A stretch of DNA of 64,000 nucleotides. Origin: Planctomycetota bacterium (GTDB lineage Bacteria > Planctomycetota > UBA1135 > UBA2386). The notes beneath the pieces were generated by a model that did not search any database, was not told the origin of the DNA, and saw only the letters and a program-made list of their open reading frames with translations. The position numbers and the translations under genes were made by a program. Each line of letters begins with the position of its first letter. Position 1 is the first letter of the stretch. The stretch covers positions 160,001-224,000 of the forward strand of contig OZ245006.1 of NCBI GenBank assembly GCA_965223545.1, written 5' to 3'. This document shows positions 1-10,671 of the stretch, piece by piece.

Positions 1-29
1 CGGCTATCGCTGACAGCCATCGTGCCCGC

Positions 30-746
30 TCACCGCGGCGCCCGCTCCTTGGCCTGCTTGCGCGCTCGCTCGAGGAACGCCTCGTAGTAGCGCCGGTACT
101 TGTCCGGAATGCGCGGCGGCCCGCCCCGGGTCTTCAACATCTGCTCGTACATCTGCAGCCGACCCCAGGCACTGGCGTCCGCGTCGCGCTCGACCTGCTC
201 GGTGTCGCTCGCCTCGGGAGTCGCGTTCTCCCTGTTCGTGCCCGGCTCGTCCTGCCTCTGCGGGCCATCCGCGTCGTCCAACTGTTCGCCTTCACCCGGC
301 CGTTGGTCCACCGCTTCCGACGTGTCGCTCTGCTGCCGCTGGCCTGGTTGTCGCTGTGGCTGCTGTTCGCCCTGCTGCTGTTGCCGATCCTGCGAGCTGC
401 CACCGCCACCCCCGCCCTGGCCGGCCATCTTCTGGATCGTCGTGATCAGCTCGTCGATCCGATCGACGACGCCTTGCTGGGACTCGGTGGTCTGGTCCAA
501 GAGCTCGCCGATCTTCTCGGCCGAGTTGCGCAACGCCGCGCTCGCCGCCGCCGGGTCCTCGGATCCCCTCTGCAGCAGCAGACGATCGATCTCTTCCATC
601 TGTCGAGCGACGTCCTCGGCGAGCTCGCGGACCTTGGTCGCGGGATCTTCGAACTGGGCCGTCGCGGCCGCGCTGCACAACACCGCGCCGGTCGCGAACG
701 ACAACGCCAACGATTGGACGGAAGACAAGACGCGGACCCACTTCAT
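30..746 (-). CDS. Secreted coiled-coil hypothetical protein, last gene of the MoxR cluster
   Basis: Signal-peptide-like N-terminus, helical E/Q-rich body, Gly/Gln linker and a C-terminal WGRL...P.KYRRYYEAF motif. Its start overlaps the stop of the upstream gene (ATGA). Confidence 0.7.
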   Translation of the reverse strand: MKWVRVLSSVQSLALSFATGAVLCSAAATAQFEDPATKVRELAEDVARQMEEIDRLLLQRGSEDPAAASAALRNSAEKIGELLDQTTESQQGVVDRIDELITTIQKMAGQGGGGGGSSQDRQQQQGEQQPQRQPGQRQQSDTSEAVDQRPGEGEQLDDADGPQRQDEPGTNRENATPEASDTEQVERDADASAWGRLQMYEQMLKTRGGPPRIPDKYRRYYEAFLERARKQAKERAPR

Positions 747-3622
747 CGACCACCTCCGGTTCCCGGGCGCGGTGCCTCGCCGGGCTCTTCGCCACCCTCC
801 GCCGAGCCGCCCTCGGCGGCGAGAGCCGCCTCGAGCTGTGCCTTCAGCGCCAGAAAGATCGCCGTCACCTCATGGTGGCGGTTGGCCAAGCGCTCGAGCA
901 AGGCCGACTCCAGCTCGCCGACATCGTCGCCGCCGCGCCCTTCGAGCAACGTCTGCATGTGCTGCGTGCGGGCCAGCATGTCCTCTTCCATCCGCTTGAG
1001 CATTTCCAGCTCGGCGATGAGGGTCACCAGCCGCTCGCGCTGGGCGGCTTGGTTGCCACCCGGCGACTGGCCACCACCGCCCTGGTTGCCTCCCTGGCGC
1101 TCCTGGGCCGCTTCACGCCGGCGCTCCTGCTCCCGCGCCAAGGCGGCGAGCAGCTGGCGCGTGCGCTCCTCGACGTCCCGCTGCAGTAGGACCGTCATCT
1201 CACCGGGGTCGGGGGCGCGACCGGACAACCGCGCCGCGATGTCGCGCAGGTCCTCCTCGGTCGACTTCAACGCGTAGCTGAACACCAAGACCTGCTCCTC
1301 CTGCAGCGCCTCCCGCAGGTACTCGGCCTTGGCCGCCAATTCGCCTTCGCGGGTGCCGAGCTCGTTGAGGTCGAGCCGCAGCCGGCGCGTCATCCGCCCG
1401 TTCTGCAGGCGCGCATCGGCGTCGACCGTGCTCTGGGTGATCGGCTCTTGCGCGGCGAGGAAGGCCTCCAGCTCGTCCCTCATCCGGAACAGCAGCTCCT
1501 CCTGCCGCAGGTCGCGGTAGCGGTCGCGTTCCTCCTCCAGGGCCTGCTGCGCCTGCTCCAGCTCCTCGGCGGCCTCGCGCTGGGCCTCGTCGGCGTCCTC
1601 GGCCTCGCCGTCGCGCATCGAGCGCTGCGCCCGATCCGCGGCGGCGGCGGCCCGCTGCACCGCCTGCCGCGCGGTGTGGTTCTCGCGTTCCTCGAGCAGC
1701 TGCGCCAACCGCAGAATCTCATCGCGCAGCTCCTCTTGCCGTTCGGCCATGTCGGCAAGCTGGCTGCGCTGCTCTTCGCTCAATGGACGTGCGTCTTGCA
1801 ACGCCTCCGACGCCTCGCGCAACGCCTCGGCGGCGCGCTGCTGCCGGTCGGCGGCGGTCGACTGCTGGCCGTCGCGCAACGCCTGCTCGGCGGCTTCCAT
1901 CTCGTCGGCCGCGCGTTGCATGGGCGCGGCCGCCGCCTGCTCCTGCTCGGCGGTGACGCCGGCACTCGCCACTGCGCCACGCGCGCGGGCCGCGTCCTCG
2001 GTCAGCTGGCGCTGCCGCTCGCCAGCGCGCTGCATCTCGGCCGCGGCGTCGCCGCGCTCCGCGCGCAAGGCCTGCTGCAAGTCTTCGCGCGCCGCCTCGA
2101 GCTCACTGCGCGCGCGCTCCATCGACGCGGTCGCTTGCTGGCCTTGCGCCGGATCGGTGGCACCTTCACCCAGCGCCGTGCTCGCGGCCCGCAGCTCCTG
2201 TTCCACCTGCTCGAGCCGATCGGCGATCTGCTCGGTGGTGGGGGCGTCGCCACCGCGCTCGGGCGGCGGCGCCTGCCGCAGGCTTTGGCCGACCTGCCGG
2301 CTCTCGCTCGCCATCTCGGCCGCCGTCTGCCGGGCATCGGGATTGGCGCGCCGGTTGCGGTCGCGCGCCGCGCTGAGTTGGCGCGCGGTTTCCGCCATCT
2401 TCGCCATGGCCTCGCCGCGGTGCCCTTCGCGGTCCAGGCGGTCCGCCTCGGTCAAGGCCTCGGCCGCCGCCCGCAACGCCTCGGCGGTGGCCGCGTTGCC
2501 GTCGGCCTCCGCCGCGAGCTCGTCCGCCGCGGTGGCCAGGTCTTGCGCCAGCGCACCGCGTTCGGCCGCCATCTGCCCGACCTCGGCCGCGGCGCCGGCG
2601 CGCACGGCTTCGGCCAGCTCACCGGCGTGGGTCGCATCCAGACTCTCCCCGTCGAGGGCGGCGCGGACGTCGTCGAGGGCATCGCCATCCACGACCGCTG
2701 CATCGGGCTCGGTCGCGGGCCGGGCCTCGGCGAGCTGCTGCCGCAGCTGTTCTTGCGCGGTCCGCGCAGCCTCGGCGTCGTCGCTGGCCAACGCGCGCTG
2801 CAAGCGGTCGGCGCTCTCGACCGCGCGCCGCAGGGCGCGCTCGCGGGCGGCGCGCGCCAGCAGATCGCGCTGGCGCTGCTCGAGCCCGCCGATGCGGAAG
2901 GCCCGCTCCCGATCGGCGGAGTCGACGTTGCCGGCGCGCTCGTCGGCCGCTCGCTTCTCCAGCGCGTCTTGCTGCTGAAGGAGGCCTCGCACCCGGCGCA
3001 GCGCGTCTTCCAAGAAGGGGGCCAGCAGGCCGGCGGCGCTGGCGTTGCGCCGGCTCTCTTCCGCCTGGCGGCGGGCCAAGTCCTCGAGCTGCGCCTGCAG
3101 CTGGCGCTCGGCCTCGGTCGGCTCGGCACGGGTGCCGGCTCGCGTCGCATCGCGCAGCTCGCGCTGGCGCCGGGCAAGCTCACCGGCGTCGGCGGCGAGG
3201 CGCTCCGCGGTCTTGATCTCCTCGTCGAGCTCTTCGACCGACTGGCGCTCGAGCAGGATGCCGAGCAGCCGCTCGACATCTTCGACCACCGCTTGCTGGC
3301 GCCGCAGCGCATCGGCGAGCGCATCGGCGGCCAAGCTCTCGCCGGCACCGGCGAGATCGCGCAGCACGTCGCTCGCTTCGAGGTGGCGCAAACCGGCCTC
3401 CAGCAGGGCGACCTGCTGATCGCGGCCCTCGCCCCGGTAGCGCTCGAGGAGCTGTTCCATGAGCGTGCGCAGCCGCTCGGTCTGGCCCAACAGGTCGTTC
3501 TGGTCTTGTTGCAGCTCGGCCATCGAAGGGCCCTCACCGCCGCCCTGGCCGGGCAGCGGCGACAGGATGAGCAATGCGAGTGCCGGCGCGGCGGGCGACA
3601 AACAACGGACCGTGTGCCTCAT
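743..3622 (-). CDS. Large exported coiled-coil protein (DUF4175-like)
   Basis: ORF 743..3733. The likely start is ATG 3622 (MRHTVRCL...), preceded by GAGG and followed by a hydrophobic signal. The protein is about 950 aa of A/E/Q/R heptad-rich sequence with repeated 'Q..AA..L' units. Confidence 0.7.
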   Translation of the reverse strand: MRHTVRCLSPAAPALALLILSPLPGQGGGEGPSMAELQQDQNDLLGQTERLRTLMEQLLERYRGEGRDQQVALLEAGLRHLEASDVLRDLAGAGESLAADALADALRRQQAVVEDVERLLGILLERQSVEELDEEIKTAERLAADAGELARRQRELRDATRAGTRAEPTEAERQLQAQLEDLARRQAEESRRNASAAGLLAPFLEDALRRVRGLLQQQDALEKRAADERAGNVDSADRERAFRIGGLEQRQRDLLARAARERALRRAVESADRLQRALASDDAEAARTAQEQLRQQLAEARPATEPDAAVVDGDALDDVRAALDGESLDATHAGELAEAVRAGAAAEVGQMAAERGALAQDLATAADELAAEADGNAATAEALRAAAEALTEADRLDREGHRGEAMAKMAETARQLSAARDRNRRANPDARQTAAEMASESRQVGQSLRQAPPPERGGDAPTTEQIADRLEQVEQELRAASTALGEGATDPAQGQQATASMERARSELEAAREDLQQALRAERGDAAAEMQRAGERQRQLTEDAARARGAVASAGVTAEQEQAAAAPMQRAADEMEAAEQALRDGQQSTAADRQQRAAEALREASEALQDARPLSEEQRSQLADMAERQEELRDEILRLAQLLEERENHTARQAVQRAAAAADRAQRSMRDGEAEDADEAQREAAEELEQAQQALEEERDRYRDLRQEELLFRMRDELEAFLAAQEPITQSTVDADARLQNGRMTRRLRLDLNELGTREGELAAKAEYLREALQEEQVLVFSYALKSTEEDLRDIAARLSGRAPDPGEMTVLLQRDVEERTRQLLAALAREQERRREAAQERQGGNQGGGGQSPGGNQAAQRERLVTLIAELEMLKRMEEDMLARTQHMQTLLEGRGGDDVGELESALLERLANRHHEVTAIFLALKAQLEAALAAEGGSAEGGEEPGEAPRPGTGGGR

Positions 3623-3734
3623 GACAACCTCATACGCTCGATCGACACGACTGCGGCAAACCAGCGGCGAAACGCCCGCATTGGCAACCCCTCGGCCCGG
3701 CCGGGCCGGGCGGGCCGGATCTGTCGCGCCCACG

Positions 3735-6083
3735 TCATCGGCCTCGCTCCGCCGAGGCCTTCTCGTCCAGGCGCTCGCGCGTGCGCACCTCGAGCTCGCG
3801 CTGTTTGTCGAGCACGCTGCGGGTCTGAATGATCACATCCTGGAACTCGTTCCACTGCCCCAGCTGCTCCCGGAGCTGCTCGAGAAGGGCGGAGATCCGC
3901 TGCTGGTGGGCGAGCGCCTCGGTCACCGCCGCGCCGGCGGCGCCGGCGCTGGCGGCGACGGCGGCCTCGTCGAGCGCGCGGAGCAGCTGCGGCGACACAT
4001 CGGCATGCGCGGCGTCGCAGACCACGGTCATGGCGAGGATCGGATCCAGGACCTTGGGCATCGCGCCGAGGCGGCCCTCGCGGCGGGCCTCGGCGAGGCC
4101 GCGGTAATAGCCAGCGGCGTGCGCGACGGCCTGCGGCTCGCGCCGGTGATAGTCCTCGTACATCCGCAGCGCCTCGGCGGCGTGCGGGGAGTCTTCGAGG
4201 CGGTTGAACAAGTGCAGATCGAACGCCCGCATCAGCTGATGGTGCTGCCGCGCGATCCGGCCCATCAACGCGGTCTGCCCGACGTGGATCACGGTGAGGT
4301 CGCCGCGCACGGCGCGCACCGCGGCACCGTCGGCGAGCGCGGCGCGGACGTCGTCGAGCTGACCGGTCAGCTTCTGCTGCCGGCTGGACAGGGCATCGAT
4401 GGCCTCGCGGATGCGGCGGAAGTGGCCCGCGACGCGGCGCGCCAGGTCGGCTGTGTCGACGACGTAGGTGAGGCGCTTGGGCAGCTCGGTGGCGTGCGCC
4501 TCCGGTTCGCGGTTGTCCTCCAACACCGCCCCGAACTCGATGGTCTCGCCGACACTCAGCGCAGCCCCGGGGGAGCCCAGCGCGGCGAGGTCCAGGATCG
4601 CGGTGACCACGACTTCGCCGGCCGCCGGCGGATCGCCGGCCAACAAAGTGGTCTGAAACGCCTGATCGGCCTTGGCGATGCGGGCGACCCCGCGCACGCT
4701 CCGCAGCCCGAAGTCGTCGCGCGCCGCGATGCGCACTGGCAGCAAGCCATCCGGCAGCATGACGCCGATGCCGCCGTCGTCCGGCAAGAGCACGCGCCCC
4801 GCCGGCCTCTGGTCGACCAACGCGACGACCGGATAGGTGCCCGGATGCGGCGTGCGCAGCTGCTCTTCGCTGGTCAGCTCGATCTGATATCGCTCGCTGC
4901 GCTCCACCGTGAACGAGGCGATCCACACCGTGCGCTGGCCGCCGTCGTCGACCACTGTCTCGCTGCGCAGCGGCACCTCGGCGCCGGTGTCGAGGAACAG
5001 CAGGTGGCCGCGCAGCACGGGTGCAGTGGTCGAGACCTGCAGGTCCACTTCGGTGCCGGCGAGTGCTTCGACGCCGCCACCGGCCACTGTCCGCGGCGGC
5101 AGGCCGGTGTACTCTGGGTAGGTCAGGGCGGCGACGACCGACGCGACCCGCGGCGGGCGGACGGTGACGATGTCGACCCGCAGATCGCCGCGGTCGTCGT
5201 CTCCGCCCGTCGCGTGGAACGAGAAGTCGCTGCTGATGCGCCGGAACACGTAGCGGAAACGGTCGTCCGGCCGCGCGGTCATCGACGCGCGCGGCGGCAG
5301 ACCCCGGCCGCCGGAGATCGCCAGGAACACCTCGCGCGGCACGACGCCCTCGGCGCGCACCAGCACCGGTAGATCGGCGCCCGCCGACAGCGTCACCGTC
5401 GCGGCGCCCGGCGTGCGCTCGACGCGCAGATCGAGGTCGCTCTCGGGGAGCTCGACGTGCAGGGTCGTGCGGCGTGGGTAGGCGGCGTCCGCCCCGGCGA
5501 TGCGGGCCAGATAGACCGAGAAGGCCTCGGGATTGCCCAGCGCTGCCGTGCCGGTGGCCAAGATCGCGGCGCCGGCAATCCCCCAGACGCGCAGCGTGCG
5601 GCGCGGGTCGAGAATCTCGTCGCACGACACCTGCTCCACCGCCGCCGCCGCGTCGACGACCACCCGCTCGATCATCGCCGCCGACTGGTCGCGCAGCGCC
5701 TGCCCCGCCTGCGCAGCGCGCCCGAGCTGCAGGGCCGAGATCAGCCGCTCGCGCAGCTCCGGAAAGCGCCGCTCGATGACCACCGCCAAGTCGTCGCCAC
5801 CGATCGCCTTGCGCAGCGGATACAGCAGTCGGCGGCGCAGCCCGAGGACCAGAAACGCCACCAAGCCCAAGCTGAGCAACAGGCGCACCGGCAGCGGCAA
5901 CACCAGAGCGCGGTCGAGCGCATAGTACGCGCCGACGCCGATCGCCAACGCGGCGACCAACCAGCCGAGGCCGTGCACCGCGAACCGGCGCCGCAAGCGA
6001 CGGCGCTGCCGTTCGACGACGCCTTCGAGCCGTTGTTGCGCCTGCTGTTGGCCGAGCTCGGTGCTGCTCATCTGCGGCTCCAT
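3735..6083 (-). CDS. Membrane-anchored protein with Ig-like repeats and C-terminal helical region (DUF4175-like)
   Basis: Two N-terminal TM helices, an 'IERRFPELRERLISALQL' motif, a third TM, beta-rich 'YPEYTGLP' and 'DDFGL' segments, then coiled coil. Confidence 0.75.
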   Translation of the reverse strand: MEPQMSSTELGQQQAQQRLEGVVERQRRRLRRRFAVHGLGWLVAALAIGVGAYYALDRALVLPLPVRLLLSLGLVAFLVLGLRRRLLYPLRKAIGGDDLAVVIERRFPELRERLISALQLGRAAQAGQALRDQSAAMIERVVVDAAAAVEQVSCDEILDPRRTLRVWGIAGAAILATGTAALGNPEAFSVYLARIAGADAAYPRRTTLHVELPESDLDLRVERTPGAATVTLSAGADLPVLVRAEGVVPREVFLAISGGRGLPPRASMTARPDDRFRYVFRRISSDFSFHATGGDDDRGDLRVDIVTVRPPRVASVVAALTYPEYTGLPPRTVAGGGVEALAGTEVDLQVSTTAPVLRGHLLFLDTGAEVPLRSETVVDDGGQRTVWIASFTVERSERYQIELTSEEQLRTPHPGTYPVVALVDQRPAGRVLLPDDGGIGVMLPDGLLPVRIAARDDFGLRSVRGVARIAKADQAFQTTLLAGDPPAAGEVVVTAILDLAALGSPGAALSVGETIEFGAVLEDNREPEAHATELPKRLTYVVDTADLARRVAGHFRRIREAIDALSSRQQKLTGQLDDVRAALADGAAVRAVRGDLTVIHVGQTALMGRIARQHHQLMRAFDLHLFNRLEDSPHAAEALRMYEDYHRREPQAVAHAAGYYRGLAEARREGRLGAMPKVLDPILAMTVVCDAAHADVSPQLLRALDEAAVAASAGAAGAAVTEALAHQQRISALLEQLREQLGQWNEFQDVIIQTRSVLDKQRELEVRTRERLDEKASAERGR

Positions 6084-6141
6084 CTACGGCGTGCGGCCGC
6101 ACTCGATCCGGTGCTCGAACACCCTTTGGCCCAAACCCTCA

Positions 6142-9100
6142 TCAGCGACCACCCTCCGTGGATTGGCTGCCGTCGTCGCCGAGCACGTACAGCGAGTCGC
6201 CGGCGCTCAACAAGACCATGTCCGCGGCGCGGTGCAGCCGGTAGGGGGGCGGGGGCTGGGGGCGGAGGCGCAGCGTTCCCCCGCCGCGCAGCAAGCTGCG
6301 GCGCGTGTCCGCGGCCAGCACCAGCACGTCGAGCCGGCCCTCCTCGCGCAGCGTCGGCACCGCCAGGAACTCGCGGGTCAGCACCGGCGACGGCCGGAAG
6401 TCGGTGCGGCGCGGCAGCGTGTAGCGGAAGGAGTCGATGGCGGGGTCGAGCGAGAAGCAGATCAAATTGCGGGTGACGTTCGCGCGCCGGTCCTCGAGCA
6501 GCAACACCGGCGGCGCCGGCTCACTGCGGCTGCCGCGGCGCCAGTTGCGCACCGTCACGTCGTGGCCGAGCGTGGCCTTGCGCACCGTGTCGCCGCGCAG
6601 CGGGTCGATCAGCACGACGTTGCCGCCGACCGGACCGGCCTCGACCAGCAGGATTCGGTCCCCGGCGGTCGCACACATCAGCACCTCGTGGTTGGCGCTG
6701 CCGGTCCACGGCGGCCAGCGCAGCTTGCCATCGAAGCCGACCGCGACCAGGCGGCTGGGCTCGCGGTCGTCGCCGTCGACCGGGAAGTACAGGGCGCGCG
6801 AGTCGGCGAACACCGATCGGTGCAACAGCGGGAACCGCCAGGCCCGGCGCAGCCGGTCGGTCAGCCGCAGCTTGTCCAGCACCTGCGGGCCGAGGACGAC
6901 GGGCTCGAGGTCCCGGCCGGTGAGCGGGTCCATGCGCCGGGCCACCGCCCGATCGGGCTCGCCCGGCTCCAGGATCCACAGCGAATCGCCACTCGAGATC
7001 GGCGGCACGCTGGCGCCGTCCTTGCCGAACGCGCGCCGGAACACCACGGTGCCGGTGAGGGGCTCGAGGCCGAGCAGCGCACCGGCATCCATGCTGTCGC
7101 GGTGCTCGGAGAAGACGTGCAGCAGGCCCGCCCGACAGCCGAGCGGCTCGAGCAATCTGCTGCTGTCGACCTCGTGCTGCCAGCGCGGTGCGCCGTCGTT
7201 GACGTCGTACGCTCTGACCTGGTGGCCGTCGAGGAGGACCAAGGTGTCCCCGAAGACGTAGAGCGGATCGATCTCCAGGCCGCGGTACGGCAGCGTGTAG
7301 ATCGGCTCGTCGAACATGCCGGCGCCGCGGCTCGGATCGTAGGCCTGCAGCACCTCGCCGTGCACGCTGACCAGCAGGGGCGCCGCCGCCCGGGCGTCGA
7401 ACCCCGGCACCATCACGGGGACGCAGGGCCGCAGGCCCGAGCCGCGCTGCGGCTGCGCCAAGCGGGCGACGACGCCCACCGGCACCGGCGGCGTGCGCGC
7501 CGGCGGCCGCGGCAGCGCCTTGATCGTGACGACGTCGGCCAGGGCGGCGCCGCGGTCCTTGGCGTAGTCCGAACGCTCCTCGCCGTAGCGCGCGAGTATG
7601 CGCGCGGCGGTCGACGCGGCCAGGGCGTGGTTGCCCCGTTCGCCGGCCGCGATCTGCAGCCGGCGCAGGATGTTGCCGGTCTCGGCGCCCTCCTCGATCG
7701 AAACCGCGGTGGCCTCCAGGGCGCGGCCGAGGTCGCCGCGCGCCACCGCCATGTCGAGCAGTCGGTTGCGCGCTTCGCGCGCCGCCGCGCTGACCGGGAA
7801 GCGCACCGTCACCGCGCGCACCAAGGCCGCGTCCTCGCCGGCCTCGCGCAGCGCCCGCGCGGCGCGTTCTTCGGTGGTGGAGTACACCCTGACCCCGTGC
7901 GCGGCGATGGTGTCCGCCTGCAGCGCGCGGCCGAGGACAGCGCCGCGCTCGCCGGCCAGGGTGACTTCGCCAAAGCGCTCGATCAGCTCCTGCGCCAGCC
8001 GCACGCGCTCCAAGGGGTCGTCCGCGTGCCGGGCGCGCTGCCAGGTGACGTAGGCGTTGATCGGCACGGTGCCGGCATCGCCGAACTCGAACTCGCTGTC
8101 GCCATGGCGATCGGCCATCACCAGCAGCTCGGCGTCCTGCGCCTCGCGGTCGTCCGCCAGCCAGCCCAGGATGTAGCGCTGCGCCGTCAACCACTGGCGC
8201 GGCTCCAGGCTGCCGTCGCGCGCCGCGCGCATCGTGCGCAAGGCCACGTCGGGCGACCGCGATCGCAGCGCCAGGGCGCGGTCCTTGGTCAGCTCGAACA
8301 GGTCGCCCGCCAGTCGCCGGTAGACCGGCGCCTCGGTGCTCATGCCGCGCCGCTCGGCCAGCGCCAGGCCCCGCCGGTACAGCTCCTCGGCGCGCTCGTG
8401 CGCGCGGGCCTGCGCGCTGCCGGCGGCGTCGGCGCGGATCAGCGCGGCCAGCTTGAGCAGGGCGGCGGGGTCGGTGTCGTCGCCGCGCGCGTCTTGCTCG
8501 GCGGCGCGCACCAGGGCGTCGGTGTCGTAGTAGAACTCGACCTGGCCATTGCGCACCGCGGTGAGCACACCGTCCGCCAGCATGAGGTTGCCGATCGCCG
8601 CGCCGCCGACCAGCTGCACGCGCCGGCTGTCCCCGTTCAGGCCGAACACCCGCAGCCCGGCGGGCGAGGCGAAGTAGATCGAGTCGCCGGCAAGCGCGCC
8701 GCGCGGCACGCTCTCGGCGACGAAGTAGATCTCGCCGTGCACGCCGAGCTGGGCGGGGCTGCGCACCTCATCCACCTTCGGCTCGAGCGGCTGGCGGCCG
8801 CGGCCCCGCGCCTTGACCTTGACCACGCTGAGTCCGCTGAAGACGAACTCGTCGCCGACCGCACCGAGCAGCCAGCGCAAGTCGCTCTGCTGGCGGCGCG
8901 GATCGCGATAGCGCAACATCCAGAGCAACTCGCCGGTTTCGCCATCGAAGCCCAGGGCGTTGGCGGAGTCGAGCGGTGTGCACGCCATCACTCCATCCGC
9001 CACGACCACGGGGTTGTTGGCGAACACCACGCGCCGGTCCTGCTGGTCGGTGAGCCGCGTTTCCGGCATGCGCACCACCGGGTAGGCGTTGACCCAGCGG

Positions 9101-10572
9101 AGGTTGCCGTCGGCCGCGTCGGCAGCGAAACAAACACCGAGATTGGTCGCGCCGTAGACCACCCCCTGGTCGATCGCCAGCGGTGCTCCGGCGTACTCGC
9201 GGCGCGCGTTGCCGAAGATGTTGACCTCGCCCTGGCTGCTGCAGACGAGCTGGCGCCAGCGCAGCGCGCCGGTGTGCAGGTCGTAGGCGGAGAGGTAGTA
9301 GGCGATGGTGCCGGAGCGGTCATGCGCGCCGATGTAGACCGTGTCGCCGTCGATCAGCGGCGGGGTGGCGGCGTCGTGCCCGGCGAACCGGCGACTGCGG
9401 GCACCACCGGGCTGGTCCCAGTGCGACCAGCGCACCGCGCCGGTCTCGCGATCGAAGGCGAACAGCCGCCGGCGGGGAATGTGACGGATGACCTCGATGC
9501 TGCGGTACCAGGTGCTCTGCCCCTCATCCGGCACCTGCAGCGCGGCTACGACCAGATCCGCGGAGCACGCCGCCGACAAGACGTAGTCGCGGTTGATCGA
9601 CTCCTCGTAGTCGCGCGGATCGATGTCCGCGGCGTGCACCATCGGGCCGTCGGCCTGCCAGATCGTGCGGCGGCGCAGCGGGTCGACGGCGATCACGCTC
9701 TGGCCGTCGTTGACGTAGATGCCGGTGGCGGAACCCGCGGCGTGCATCGGGAAGTGCGGGAAGCCGCGCGCCTGCACGTCGAACTCACAGCGCTTCTCCG
9801 GCCGCCCCAAGACCTCGTCCATCACGCGGTTGCCGGCCGCGCCGCCGCCGTAGGCCGGCCAACCCGCCAGCAGGCGCGAGGCGCCCGGTCCCGCCGCGTC
9901 CAGCAGCGCGCGCTGTTCGCCGCGCAGCGGCGGCAGGGTCTGCGCCGCGGCGCCGGCGAGGATCGCCGCCGCGCGCAGCCGGGCCAGCACCGCGTCGCGC
10001 GACCCGCCGGTCGACGGCATCGCGTCCAGCGCAGCGCGCAGGTGGTGGGCGGCGCGCTGCGCATCGCCGCGCTCGAGCGCGAGGTCACCCAGCAGGATGC
10101 GCGCCCTGCGCCCTGGCGCCGACGTCGGAAACTCCTCCGCCACCCGGGCGAGATCGTCGCGGTCGCGGCCGTCGAACGCGCGGTCGATCAGGCTGCCGAG
10201 CTGGCGCGCAGCCATCGCGTCGTATTCGGCCTGCGCGGGGGCGGGGAGGTCGGCCAACGCGAACAGCGCCGCCCGCCGCAAGCCGAGATAGTGCGCGCTC
10301 TGGTCGTCCACCGGCACCACCCCGGCGTCGACGCGGTGCAGCAGGTCGTGCAGCAGCACCACCGCCCGCGGCGCGTCGCCCGCCGCGATCCACTGCTCGG
10401 CGAGGCGGAAATCGTGAATGTTGTCCTGCGACCGGTAGAGGCTGAACAGCCGGCCGCGCGGCCCGTCCTGCGCCGCCGCCGCACCGAGCAGGACGGCCAC
10501 GACGCCGCCGCCGAGCGCGGCGCGCAGCCGATTCCCGAAACCGCTACCAAGTTGTCGCATCATCGTTGTCAC
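6142..10572 (-). CDS. PQQ/BamB-like beta-propeller repeat protein with TPR-like helical segments
   Basis: Signal peptide, WPAYGG motif, repeated 'A.D..TG..RW' propeller blades in two blocks and intervening helical repeats (e.g. LLGDLALERGD). Confidence 0.8.
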   Translation of the reverse strand: MTTMMRQLGSGFGNRLRAALGGGVVAVLLGAAAAQDGPRGRLFSLYRSQDNIHDFRLAEQWIAAGDAPRAVVLLHDLLHRVDAGVVPVDDQSAHYLGLRRAALFALADLPAPAQAEYDAMAARQLGSLIDRAFDGRDRDDLARVAEEFPTSAPGRRARILLGDLALERGDAQRAAHHLRAALDAMPSTGGSRDAVLARLRAAAILAGAAAQTLPPLRGEQRALLDAAGPGASRLLAGWPAYGGGAAGNRVMDEVLGRPEKRCEFDVQARGFPHFPMHAAGSATGIYVNDGQSVIAVDPLRRRTIWQADGPMVHAADIDPRDYEESINRDYVLSAACSADLVVAALQVPDEGQSTWYRSIEVIRHIPRRRLFAFDRETGAVRWSHWDQPGGARSRRFAGHDAATPPLIDGDTVYIGAHDRSGTIAYYLSAYDLHTGALRWRQLVCSSQGEVNIFGNARREYAGAPLAIDQGVVYGATNLGVCFAADAADGNLRWVNAYPVVRMPETRLTDQQDRRVVFANNPVVVADGVMACTPLDSANALGFDGETGELLWMLRYRDPRRQQSDLRWLLGAVGDEFVFSGLSVVKVKARGRGRQPLEPKVDEVRSPAQLGVHGEIYFVAESVPRGALAGDSIYFASPAGLRVFGLNGDSRRVQLVGGAAIGNLMLADGVLTAVRNGQVEFYYDTDALVRAAEQDARGDDTDPAALLKLAALIRADAAGSAQARAHERAEELYRRGLALAERRGMSTEAPVYRRLAGDLFELTKDRALALRSRSPDVALRTMRAARDGSLEPRQWLTAQRYILGWLADDREAQDAELLVMADRHGDSEFEFGDAGTVPINAYVTWQRARHADDPLERVRLAQELIERFGEVTLAGERGAVLGRALQADTIAAHGVRVYSTTEERAARALREAGEDAALVRAVTVRFPVSAAAREARNRLLDMAVARGDLGRALEATAVSIEEGAETGNILRRLQIAAGERGNHALAASTAARILARYGEERSDYAKDRGAALADVVTIKALPRPPARTPPVPVGVVARLAQPQRGSGLRPCVPVMVPGFDARAAAPLLVSVHGEVLQAYDPSRGAGMFDEPIYTLPYRGLEIDPLYVFGDTLVLLDGHQVRAYDVNDGAPRWQHEVDSSRLLEPLGCRAGLLHVFSEHRDSMDAGALLGLEPLTGTVVFRRAFGKDGASVPPISSGDSLWILEPGEPDRAVARRMDPLTGRDLEPVVLGPQVLDKLRLTDRLRRAWRFPLLHRSVFADSRALYFPVDGDDREPSRLVAVGFDGKLRWPPWTGSANHEVLMCATAGDRILLVEAGPVGGNVVLIDPLRGDTVRKATLGHDVTVRNWRRGSRSEPAPPVLLLEDRRANVTRNLICFSLDPAIDSFRYTLPRRTDFRPSPVLTREFLAVPTLREEGRLDVLVLAADTRRSLLRGGGTLRLRPQPPPPYRLHRAADMVLLSAGDSLYVLGDDGSQSTEGGR

Positions 10573-10671
10573 GGACGGCAGCCGGGATGCTTCCGGGGCC
10601 CGCCCCCGGCTGCATTATCGTCCATCCAGAGCTCGTAGCCTGCGCCTTGCATTGTCTCACCAACCGGGCTG

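Noticed and set aside
6061..10638. 1525-aa plus-strand ORF, and similar long antisense ORFs such as 30266..33745, 48436..51330 and 38980..41316
   Set aside because: These are shadow frames opposite well-supported genes. Stop codons are scarce at this GC content, and the translations contain no recognisable motifs.
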